64,000 nucleotides of DNA from a virus, in the IMG/VR virus record IMGVR_UViG_3300009788_000003, positions 25,324-89,323 of that record; one strand, 5' to 3'. Below the pieces are notes generated by a model that worked only from the letters and a program-made list of their open reading frames with translations, was not told the origin of the DNA and did no database searches. Numbering within the stretch: position 1 is the stretch's first letter; every line of letters starts with the position of its first letter. A program made the position numbers and the translations under genes. Below, in pieces: positions 1 through 7,995 of this stretch.

Positions 1-697
1 CATTACCCAGAACACCAAGAGCAGCAGAAGATTCTTCGATTGACTGTCCAAAGGCAGCAGCAACAGGGGCAACAAAAGCAAGTGCTTCACCCAACTGTTG
101 AACAGAAGTATTTGAATTCGCAGCAGTGGCAGCTAATACATCCGCAACCCTTCCCGCTTCAGAAGTGTCTATGTTAAAACCAGACAGTACATTTGAAGCA
201 ATGTCAGCAGCTTCAGCTAAACCAAGACCACCCGCAGCAGCAAGATTCAACGTACCTTCAAGGGCAGCTATTTGTTCGTTGGCATCAAAACCCGCACGGG
301 CTAAGAACTCTAAACCTTGCGCTGCTTCAGTCGCACTAAATACAGTTGTTGCACCCAACCTTCGGGCTTCTTCATTTAAGTTCTTAAATTCAACATCCGT
401 AACCCCTTTCGTAACGGCACGAACATTCTGCATAGCCTGATCGAATCTGGCAATCTCTTTAATTGCATTCGCAAATAAGGCTATACCTCCTAGAGTGACT
501 AACACTCTCGTTAAAGCACTTCCTGCGGATGAAGCCTTTTTAAAACCTGCGGCAAGGGCATTCCCACCAGAACCGGGCTTACCCCCTCGGAATTTTTGTA
601 CTTCATCATTGAGTTTCTTAACATCCTTTTGAACTTGCTTAAGCTGCTTAGTAGCTAAGTTCTGAGCGTCAATAATTATTTGAAGTCTGGTAGCCAT
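1..697 (-). CDS. Tail tape measure protein, TP901 family (N-terminal part; runs off the window edge)
   Basis: Hand translation from ATG at 697: MATRLQIIIDAQNLATKQL...FDQAMQNVRAVT...ARRLGATTVFSATEAAQGLEFLARAGF...LNLAAAGGLGLAEAADIASNVLSGF. This is the typical TP901 tape-measure core, and it lies downstream of the tail chaperone. Confidence 0.93.
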   Translation of the reverse strand, partial: MATRLQIIIDAQNLATKQLKQVQKDVKKLNDEVQKFRGGKPGSGGNALAAGFKKASSAGSALTRVLVTLGGIALFANAIKEIARFDQAMQNVRAVTKGVTDVEFKNLNEEARRLGATTVFSATEAAQGLEFLARAGFDANEQIAALEGTLNLAAAGGLGLAEAADIASNVLSGFNIDTSEAGRVADVLAATAANSNTSVQQLGEALAFVAPVAAAFGQSIEESSAALGVLGN

Positions 698-701
698 TGA
701 T

Positions 702-980
702 TTAACCTAAGTCTTTTAAAGCACGTTTGTACTGTTTGTTATCAGCATGATATGCCATACGCATTACTCCCATCTGATCAGCATATTCCCCACGCTTTCT
801 TTTATTGGCTAAATAGAAGAAGGTAATTGCTTGGCATAGGGTATAACTTAATGCATTAATGTGACCGTGAGAAAGTAGGTATTCCCCTACCTGTGCGTAA
901 TATAATTTCCAATCTGTTACTATCCTTGCGTCTTCAGCGTCTTTCTGCTTTTTGGTCTTTACTTTGATTCCATCTTTTCC
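702..980 (-). CDS. -1 frameshift extension of the tail chaperone (gpGT-like)
   Basis: The -1 frame is open from GGAAAAG (974-980) to TAA at 702-704: KDGIKVKTKKQKDAEDARIVTDWKLYYAQVGEYLLSHGH...KRALKDLG*. It ends 4 nt before the tape measure ATG. Confidence 0.75.
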   Translation of the reverse strand, partial: GKDGIKVKTKKQKDAEDARIVTDWKLYYAQVGEYLLSHGHINALSYTLCQAITFFYLANKRKRGEYADQMGVMRMAYHADNKQYKRALKDLG

Positions 981-1339
981 GCTAATTTCGGGATAAGTCC
1001 TTGTATCCTTTCTATCAGCTTTTTTAGCGCATCATAATCCGGTATTGTCAAATCCCAACATTTTTCAAAAGCAGTCAGTTGGGTAGTAAAAGGAAGGGAA
1101 GCTATTTTTTCCCACTCATCAGGTTCATTTGCAGAAAGGGCAACAACTTTAGCCATGAATTCAGGATACTGATCGGCAATAGAACCTAGTTCTAATCTGC
1201 TTTCCATCAGGGCTTCAAGTGGTTCTTTGTATTCTCCTATCAGCTTACCAAGATGTGTCAGGGTTAAACCCTGCACTTCAAACGATTGATCATTTGGCAG
1301 ATCGATTTTTTCGGTCTGCACAACAATATCTTTAAGCAT
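959..1339 (-). CDS. Tail assembly chaperone (lambda gpG-like)
   Basis: 126 aa, located between the tail tube and tape measure genes; ends just after a slippery G GAA AAG site. Confidence 0.8.
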   Translation of the reverse strand: MLKDIVVQTEKIDLPNDQSFEVQGLTLTHLGKLIGEYKEPLEALMESRLELGSIADQYPEFMAKVVALSANEPDEWEKIASLPFTTQLTAFEKCWDLTIPDYDALKKLIERIQGLIPKLAEKMESK

Positions 1340-1360
1340 GGTCTCATCTCATTGTGATTT

Positions 1361-1388
1361 AAAACAAGGGGGGAATTTCAACCCCCCA
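1361..1388 (-). terminator. Probable intrinsic terminator after the tail tube gene
   Basis: GGGGG/CCCCC hairpin followed by a U-rich tail on the minus strand. Confidence 0.55.
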
Positions 1389-1413
1389 GAATTATTTGAT
1401 ACTAAGGTCAAAC

Positions 1414-2187
1414 TTAGTTAGTTGTAATCTGCCTTATAGTGAAATACTGGCTTCCACTTGACCGGGTTGGGTCAGTAAGGGCAGATGCTTCTACCACCAT
1501 TTCGGCAAGTTCTTCATTGATCAATGCCAGTTCTGCCAGTGGTTGAATTGAGCCTTTGTAAATATCGATTACAACAGGGTTTTCAGCATCAGCAGTATTC
1601 AGACCTTCAAAGCGAATCCAACGCTCAGGGGCAACAGAAGAAATGATTGCTTCAATTTGGTCATAACCTGCATGATCGTAATCGACAAAGATAACTTGAA
1701 GATCAGTGATTGCGCCAGTGCTCAGGACTTTGATTGAACCCGTTTCCGCATTCAGTTCATAGTCAGTGTCCAGAACGTAAGTGATAGTCGGGGTTGCATC
1801 ATCACCGACAATAACTGAAGACACTTTGATGTGATCAAGTGACGCCCACTTGTCATGCTGAGCAGTAAGCAGTTCATCAGAAATGGAAGCACCCACAACA
1901 GCAGCAGTTGTGCCGTAAAGGGCAAGGGCAAGATTGTCATTGTCGATAGATTCCATTGTCATTGCAATGGTCACAATAGTTTCCTGCACGATTTCTTTAT
2001 CGATACCCCGCACACCAGTACATGATTCTTTGTGTTGGAATACGGTTGTCTCTACACCGATTGTAAGGGCAGACACGTTACCAACAGGACGAAAACCTTC
2101 TGGTTCTCCCGTAACAGGGTCTTTCGTTGCAACCAGTACAGAGCCTTGACCGGAGAAATATTGATTAGTTACGCATGAATTAGTCAT
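1414..2187 (-). CDS. Major tail (tube) protein
   Basis: YFSGQGSVLVA...FRPVGNVSALTI...WIRFEGLNTAD...PVVIDIYK is typical of siphovirus tail tube proteins; gene position fits. Confidence 0.8.
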   Translation of the reverse strand: MTNSCVTNQYFSGQGSVLVATKDPVTGEPEGFRPVGNVSALTIGVETTVFQHKESCTGVRGIDKEIVQETIVTIAMTMESIDNDNLALALYGTTAAVVGASISDELLTAQHDKWASLDHIKVSSVIVGDDATPTITYVLDTDYELNAETGSIKVLSTGAITDLQVIFVDYDHAGYDQIEAIISSVAPERWIRFEGLNTADAENPVVIDIYKGSIQPLAELALINEELAEMVVEASALTDPTRSSGSQYFTIRQITTN

Positions 2188-2204
2188 TTATCAAACCTCT
2201 ATAT

Positions 2205-2414
2205 TTAAGAAATAATGCCCCGTGCTCTTAATTTCCTTGCCGAAGCAGGGTTATCAAAGACAATGACATCACCAGATTTATACGAGACACCCCTATGAGT
2301 GTGTGCCGCAACTACAACAGTACCAGTGTCTTCTGCTTCATCAATAACAGATTCAGCATCAACACTCGCATCATTGTCGGAGTCCTTAACTTTCAGCTTT
2401 TTCTTACGAGCCAT
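2205..2414 (-). CDS. Small hypothetical virion-associated protein
   Basis: 69 aa with GAGG RBS, inside the structural operon. Confidence 0.5.
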   Translation of the reverse strand: MARKKKLKVKDSDNDASVDAESVIDEAEDTGTVVVAAHTHRGVSYKSGDVIVFDNPASARKLRARGIIS

Positions 2415-2463
2415 AAAAAAACCTCAAATAGTTATCGTGAGACTACAACTACCTAACATCAAA

Positions 2464-2895
2464 TTAAAGTATTATTTGATATGCTGTAACCCATCTTTGC
2501 CTATAAATCAACTTATCATCCACCCCAAAACTAGGGGATTCAGATTCCAGATTCCAACTTCTTGTAGTAGCACTGGTATTACATGCCATTGCTTTTCTTA
2601 ATCTTTGGAGAATTTCCGTTGCTGTGGGAACAACATTGAGACCTTGAACTTGGTTTAATGATTCAGCTTTTGCCACCAAATACAGATCAAAAACAACATC
2701 ATGCTTCTTACCTGCTATACGCATTCCCGCATAATGAAAAATCAGACAAGGCAAAGACAACCGTGTATGTGCTGCACTTAATTGGGATGGGTCATAGAGA
2801 TACAGGGATTTTTTATTTAGCTCAGACACAGTATTTACCTGAGTTTCAATATCCTCCTTCAGTGCCGTAATAACATCTGTTGCTGTAGTGGTCAT
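2464..2895 (-). CDS. Putative tail terminator / tail completion protein
   Basis: 143 aa upstream of the tail tube gene, overlapping the upstream gene; called from size and position. Confidence 0.55.
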   Translation of the reverse strand: MTTTATDVITALKEDIETQVNTVSELNKKSLYLYDPSQLSAAHTRLSLPCLIFHYAGMRIAGKKHDVVFDLYLVAKAESLNQVQGLNVVPTATEILQRLRKAMACNTSATTRSWNLESESPSFGVDDKLIYRQRWVTAYQIIL

Positions 2896-3335
2896 CGTAG
2901 TGCAAGTTTAACACGAGCCTCAATTATTCTTTTAACTCCTTCTTCATCTTCAGGACTTATTCCCAGAAATTCCCGCTTTGGAAATTGAACCCCATCAACT
3001 TCAAGACCAAATTGATGTATGTCTGCATAAGGAAGATCGGTAGAAATGATTCTTACTCCCGGCCCTCCCCGTGTCAATTCAATGCTGTTGAATAAATCAC
3101 CTGAATCAAATAAGGTTCCCCCACCAAGACCACCTGCTTGTCTATTCTTGGCAGCTTGGGATACTTCCCATGTGGTTCCATCAGTGGCTTCCTGTCTTAA
3201 GAATCTGGTTTTGATTTGATTGAGGATGAAGGCTCCCGCAGCATCTAAAATATCTTCCGTGTTGGTTGCCAACTCCATAGCATTAAGTGCCTTCTGGATG
3301 TCTTCAAACCCTTCTGCGAGAATACTTGCAGCCAT
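2892..3335 (-). CDS. Virion morphogenesis protein (Mu gpG / P2 gpS-like)
   Basis: Family motifs RFLRQEATDGTTW...TLFDSGDLFNSI...PYADIHQFG...FPKREFLGIS. Confidence 0.85.
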   Translation of the reverse strand: MAASILAEGFEDIQKALNAMELATNTEDILDAAGAFILNQIKTRFLRQEATDGTTWEVSQAAKNRQAGGLGGGTLFDSGDLFNSIELTRGGPGVRIISTDLPYADIHQFGLEVDGVQFPKREFLGISPEDEEGVKRIIEARVKLALR

Positions 3336-3336
3336 T

Positions 3337-4005
3337 TTAGAACTGGTCTATTGGGTCTAAATGCAGGGGGGCAACACGAATATTATTATCAACCAGATAA
3401 GCCAGATTCCCAGAGAAAGCATCCGCAGGAACATCTTTGGAAGGATTGGTTAGTTGATATATTTCCCGCGCCTTAATTAATCCCGCTTCCTTAAGCCACT
3501 CAGGAACACCATCATAAATCCTACCGTCTTCCGTGCTAATGTTGGCAAACCCATGATCGTAGGTGATACGAAATAAATATTCAAAAAAGAAATCTGGAAT
3601 TCTTCGACTAATGGTTATCAGATCACTATTGAAACCAGTGACATCAAATTTAACGGTTCCTTTGTCGGTATTGATCTTCAGAAATTTGGGGTCAATCGAA
3701 GTGGCATTAACTAAATCGTCTTCCGTGATTCCAAACAGAACATCCACAGAATTAGTGGTTTCATCAATGAAGGCATTAGTAACACGAAACTTTAAATACC
3801 GTTCACCACGTACTGCGGTATCCCGGTCAATCAGAAAGTCCTCAATAACAGCAACCCCCGCATCAAGTTCACCCAATCGAAAAATATCTTTAAGTTGGAT
3901 AGTCGCAGACTTTAACGATTCGTATAGCAGGGGTCTTAATCCCTGTGCATCAATGGCATTAATACGAAGAATTAAGTCATCTACTGATGCAAGGGGAAGT
4001 GTCAT
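3337..4005 (-). CDS. Putative head-tail adaptor / head completion protein
   Basis: N-terminal LASVDDL and C-terminal ITYDHGF...VPEWLKEA resemble head-tail connector proteins; gene position fits. Confidence 0.6.
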   Translation of the reverse strand: MTLPLASVDDLILRINAIDAQGLRPLLYESLKSATIQLKDIFRLGELDAGVAVIEDFLIDRDTAVRGERYLKFRVTNAFIDETTNSVDVLFGITEDDLVNATSIDPKFLKINTDKGTVKFDVTGFNSDLITISRRIPDFFFEYLFRITYDHGFANISTEDGRIYDGVPEWLKEAGLIKAREIYQLTNPSKDVPADAFSGNLAYLVDNNIRVAPLHLDPIDQF

Positions 4006-4008
4006 AAA

Positions 4009-4389
4009 TTAAACCTGTACTACGTTGCTTGATTTCTCAGTTTTGGCAGTCGGCTTTTTCAGCTTGGGGGATTTTTTCTTTGCCGTACTTTTCTTTGCTG
4101 CGGATTTCTTCGGTTTGGTACTAACCTGTTTTAGTGGTTGCGCCTCTCCTGCCACCGATACTTGTTTTGGAACAACAGGGGCATCAGGAACGTAATCTTC
4201 AATTTGAAGACTGACTACCGGAACACTCCCAACATTGGCAGGGTCAACAATACCGAACATGGGCATATCTTTGTCCATCAAACTACAAAGAGTCATACCC
4301 ATATCTTCGGGTACATCGTAGATACGCGCCTTCCGATATAGGAAGTTATCTTTTAGGAATCTTTTTGCAACAGTTAAACGAACTAACAT
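4009..4389 (-). CDS. Hypothetical structural-module protein with Lys-rich C-terminus
   Basis: 126 aa with GAGG RBS and a KPKKSAAKKSTAKKK tail. Confidence 0.55.
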   Translation of the reverse strand: MLVRLTVAKRFLKDNFLYRKARIYDVPEDMGMTLCSLMDKDMPMFGIVDPANVGSVPVVSLQIEDYVPDAPVVPKQVSVAGEAQPLKQVSTKPKKSAAKKSTAKKKSPKLKKPTAKTEKSSNVVQV

Positions 4390-4413
4390 GGTAATTAACC
4401 TCTCAGTCTCATT

Positions 4414-4443
4414 AAAAGTAAGACCCGTATTTCAGGGTCTTAC
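4414..4443 (-). terminator. Intrinsic terminator after the capsid and decoration genes
   Basis: GTAAGACCC/GGGTCTTAC inverted repeat with an A-run on the plus strand (U-run on the minus strand). Confidence 0.7.
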
Positions 4444-4458
4444 CATACTAACAAGAGA

Positions 4459-4707
4459 TTAGAAAATTACAATATCAATCGTATCGTCTGCGGCCCAATC
4501 AACACCACCAGTATTGTCAATACTAACAACATCAGTACCGACAGTAATAAGACCGTCCCATGCGACAAGAACACCTACTCTTCGCACTGTGACAAGCGCA
4601 CCAGTAGCAGCAGATGAATCCGTATTAAAAGCAATGACCGCATCAGAAACATTCCCGGCAGTGACAACGTGCCGAAGACCTAAACATTTACCCATTTCCA
4701 TCTTCAT
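4459..4707 (-). CDS. Putative capsid decoration protein
   Basis: Small, beta-rich 82-aa ORF directly after the capsid gene, with GAGGA RBS. Confidence 0.45.
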   Translation of the reverse strand: MKMEMGKCLGLRHVVTAGNVSDAVIAFNTDSSAATGALVTVRRVGVLVAWDGLITVGTDVVSIDNTGGVDWAADDTIDIVIF

Positions 4708-4767
4708 ATCCTCTTAAGTTGAAGGGATTGAATCAGGGGGAATTACTCCCCCCCATTTCAACTCGGA

Positions 4768-5742
4768 TTAGCCGATGTTAATGTACTTAACCACTGCTTC
4801 TTCTTCTTCGTACTTGAAGTCGATTCGCAGGGTCATGACAATAACGAAAACGCGCTCAGTGATAATCTTATCAACTTCGACAGACAGTTGACGCTGAATA
4901 CCCCAGATCATGTTATTCGGATTGGTGAAGAGTCCATTCGCGGCAGGCATAACAGCAGCACCTTCGACCTTTGTTCCCAAAGCCCAAAGAATCGGAGTTA
5001 CCTGATCATTGACGGTATCACCACCGTTGGTTTCCCGGTTAGCACGAGTGTCCTGATACTCAGTATAGTTGTCCATACTCACGAAGTTTTTCAACTGCGC
5101 CAATGTGCCTTTGTACTGATCAGGAAGGGTTTTGATACCATTCTTGAACAGAGTACGAGAAACGACAGCAGCCCCGTTATCGACCACATTCGAAGTGGCA
5201 GCAACAAGGAAACCATCCAACAGGGCAAGATACGCATCACCGGAACCTGTGTCACCCAGAATCGCTAATTCTTCTAGGTCAATGGCAACACGTTCTGCCA
5301 TCATCTCCATGATGGTATCTTTAAAGTCACCCTGAACAACACCGGAACCTGTCATGCTTGGGTCTGCGTTAATGCTTGCACCACCCTGTTCAATGTTGTC
5401 TTCGATAACATCGTAAGGCAACCGGACTTCAGCAATAACTTCCTTGGTAGTCAGTTGCACTTGCTCAGTGGTTGCTTTACTGCGCCGATTGGTTGGGGAT
5501 GTATCTTCATCCAGTGCCGTGCCAGAAATCGCAGGCATCAGGATTCTATCACCAAATCCAATCTTGTCGATGTTACGTTGGGGAGAACTCATCACAACAG
5601 TACGCATCTGGTTAAGGATGGTAGGTGTAGTTCTGAGCTTGCGAATAAATGCGGCAGCTTGTTCTGGATTTAACAGACCACCAGAAGCCAAGTCTGCAAG
5701 CGTCATATCCGCTTTTTGGATAATCTTACTATTAGAAGACAT
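4768..5742 (-). CDS. Major capsid protein (HK97 fold, XkdG-like)
   Basis: GGLLNPEQAAAFIRKL...LPYDVIEDNIE...AIDLEELAILGDT...TNPNNMIWGIQRQL...RIDFKYEEEEAVV. Confidence 0.92.
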   Translation of the reverse strand: MSSNSKIIQKADMTLADLASGGLLNPEQAAAFIRKLRTTPTILNQMRTVVMSSPQRNIDKIGFGDRILMPAISGTALDEDTSPTNRRSKATTEQVQLTTKEVIAEVRLPYDVIEDNIEQGGASINADPSMTGSGVVQGDFKDTIMEMMAERVAIDLEELAILGDTGSGDAYLALLDGFLVAATSNVVDNGAAVVSRTLFKNGIKTLPDQYKGTLAQLKNFVSMDNYTEYQDTRANRETNGGDTVNDQVTPILWALGTKVEGAAVMPAANGLFTNPNNMIWGIQRQLSVEVDKIITERVFVIVMTLRIDFKYEEEEAVVKYINIG

Positions 5743-5780
5743 ATTTAATACTCCAATTTACAAAAGTTACAATTTAAAGA

Positions 5781-6968
5781 CTAAGATAGCTCAACGTCAC
5801 CGAAGTCCAACACATTATCCCACTTCACTGCTTTAGCTTTCTTCGGTTCAGCTTCAGAGTTATCTTCGGCTTCCTCAGAGTTGACAGTACCCGCTAGGGC
5901 TTCATCAGTCTTTTTTACCTTGGCTTCCAGATCAGTCAATCGATCAGAAAGTTCTTTCATCGCTTCAGTCTGGGAAGTTTTAAGTTCCGCAAGACCATCC
6001 ACGATACCAGTTAAAGATTTGGTCATTGCTGCAATAGCATCTTCCGAACCTTCAGCTTGGGTTCCATCCGGGTCTTTCGATACGGCTTCTTCTGAATCAT
6101 CACCATCTGCCCCGGCATCTTCATCATCACCGTTTTCATCAGACCCATTTTCATCATCACCGTTTTCATCCGCACCGGAATCATCCGCACCAGAAGAATC
6201 TTCAGCTACAGCATCATCTTCTTCTTCCTCCCCATCTTCATCATCCTGCTTCGTAGTTTCCTTTGCAGGCTTTTTCTTGGAAGCTTTTTTCGGGGGGGCT
6301 TTTTTCGGTGCATTCAGCAAACCCTTTTCAACTTCCACTACAATTTCTTCAGCTTTGAAAGCCTGAACAGGGATTGTAGAAAGGATTGCATCGATGTACC
6401 CGCCGAAATCCGAAATTGCCTTTTGCACGGCTTCTTTGGTTTCAGCAGCATCACCTTCAGAGAAGATAATATTCCCAACAGTTTCATTGAGAATTTCATT
6501 GGCGATATGATAGGAAGGCGCAAATCCTGCCTTCGTAATATTTTCGATGAATGAATTGCTGTCTGGAAAAGCCAGAAGACCTTTCTCTACTCCGACAACA
6601 ATCAGTGCGACCTCATCTGAGATTTTCAATGCAACGGCATCTTTCATTTCATCAGACTTGGTAAACATCAGGGTTACACTTTCGTTTTCCCCTTCTGTTA
6701 CGTGGTCAACTTCAAAACCCCCATCAGCAAGGGCTTTGGTATAAACTTCCTGATCAGCCGATTTTGCTAATACAACTGCAACAACCGCAGGGTCTAGTTT
6801 GGTTTCATCTTTCCAAACAAAAAGATTTGAAATATTCATGGTGGGTTCTCCATCAGATTTTACGATACGAAAAGGAATGCGATTCGCACCACGCTTAACT
6901 AAAGAGATTATATTCACATCCATTTCCGAAAGTTCACGGGCTTGGATTACTACCTTTTTACGGGTCAT
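5781..6968 (-). CDS. Scaffolding protein with an N-terminal protease-type ISLV..AN strand
   Basis: Lies between protease and capsid genes; very acidic linker, C-terminal coiled coil, N-terminal RELSEMDVNIISLVKRGAN. Confidence 0.65.
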   Translation of the reverse strand: MTRKKVVIQARELSEMDVNIISLVKRGANRIPFRIVKSDGEPTMNISNLFVWKDETKLDPAVVAVVLAKSADQEVYTKALADGGFEVDHVTEGENESVTLMFTKSDEMKDAVALKISDEVALIVVGVEKGLLAFPDSNSFIENITKAGFAPSYHIANEILNETVGNIIFSEGDAAETKEAVQKAISDFGGYIDAILSTIPVQAFKAEEIVVEVEKGLLNAPKKAPPKKASKKKPAKETTKQDDEDGEEEEDDAVAEDSSGADDSGADENGDDENGSDENGDDEDAGADGDDSEEAVSKDPDGTQAEGSEDAIAAMTKSLTGIVDGLAELKTSQTEAMKELSDRLTDLEAKVKKTDEALAGTVNSEEAEDNSEAEPKKAKAVKWDNVLDFGDVELS

Positions 6969-7699
6969 TGCGTGTATACCTCAACGAAGCTAAATCGGTG
7001 TGCATGGTCATTGGTCTCTTCGGTAATAGTACCTCGCTTGATAAGGTGTACATGATCAGCATTGTCATCAATCGTTTTGCCCCCAAGAAAATTCCCTTCA
7101 TCATCGAAGTGAACCTTGAAAACATGTTTATGATTCTGCTCTTTATCTGTTTCACCTTTAACAAACTCTGGAATTTCAATTTCCAGTTCAGTATCTTTAC
7201 CTTGCCCTACACCATCTAATGAGAAGCCATTAATCTCCCCACTCTTTATAAGTTCCCAAACGGCATCATCCATAATTTTGATTCCTGCAACCCAAGCATT
7301 TTCAATAAAGTCTGGGTCTCCCTTGCGAACTATAAAACTTTCGACCACAGCAGCAGCAATTTCATCCCTGCTATGATTTACATCAACCTTTGTTACCCTG
7401 CCATTTGCCAGAAACCCATGCCCCATCTCACGCACAGTTTCAATAGTCATAAAATCATTATCTGAATCTGGGGTATTAGGAACATAGACTTCAGCGTAAA
7501 CAATCTGTAGTTCCTCATCTATTTTTTTGATATTCATCAAATGATTTTTGGTAACAGTCTCATCTTTTTCAAACTGAGAAAAACAAACCGCAGCCCTTTG
7601 GTCTGTATCAGGAAAATCTTTAACTGCTGTTGGATTACTCATGCAACGCGCAATAAAATTATCCCTTGATTCACCCGTATTAGGTGTGGGTAACGGCAT
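6965..7699 (-). CDS. XkdF-like prohead serine protease
   Basis: QIVYAEVYVPNTPDSDNDF...DVNH...VVESFI...WELIKSGEINGFSLDG is the XkdF / peptidase S78-like signature. Confidence 0.85.
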   Translation of the reverse strand: MPLPTPNTGESRDNFIARCMSNPTAVKDFPDTDQRAAVCFSQFEKDETVTKNHLMNIKKIDEELQIVYAEVYVPNTPDSDNDFMTIETVREMGHGFLANGRVTKVDVNHSRDEIAAAVVESFIVRKGDPDFIENAWVAGIKIMDDAVWELIKSGEINGFSLDGVGQGKDTELEIEIPEFVKGETDKEQNHKHVFKVHFDDEGNFLGGKTIDDNADHVHLIKRGTITEETNDHAHRFSFVEVYTQ

Positions 7700-7785
7700 T
7701 TTTTCTCAAAGCCAATAATCTATGTGTGTAATTTAGAACTACCTAACGCGAATCGCAAGGATTTTTTGATACTAAGGTCAAACGA

Positions 7786-7995
7786 TTATTCTTCTTCGAA
7801 TATAAAGTTTCCTGTCTCTAGATCAACTTCAGGGAATAACTCTTCAATCGATTCATCATCAGTTATTAGTGGGACATTATCCCGTCTAGTCTCTGATACC
7901 GAAACAACATCATTTTCTACATGATCGGAATCTATGAAATCCCCATTAGCATAGGTAAGGAAAGCATCACCATCTGCATTTCTGATTTTAGCCAT
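7786..7995 (-). CDS. Small acidic protein; candidate immunity/antitoxin for the MuF-zeta fusion
   Basis: 69 aa, D/E-rich, coupled by a TAATG overlap to the upstream MuF-toxin gene. Function is inferred only. Confidence 0.45.
   Translation of the reverse strand: MAKIRNADGDAFLTYANGDFIDSDHVENDVVSVSETRRDNVPLITDDESIEELFPEVDLETGNFIFEEE

Noticed and set aside
6090-6250. Tandem 15-bp-like repeats (DENG / SGAD coding)
   Set aside because: Low-complexity acidic linker of the scaffold protein, not an independent element.
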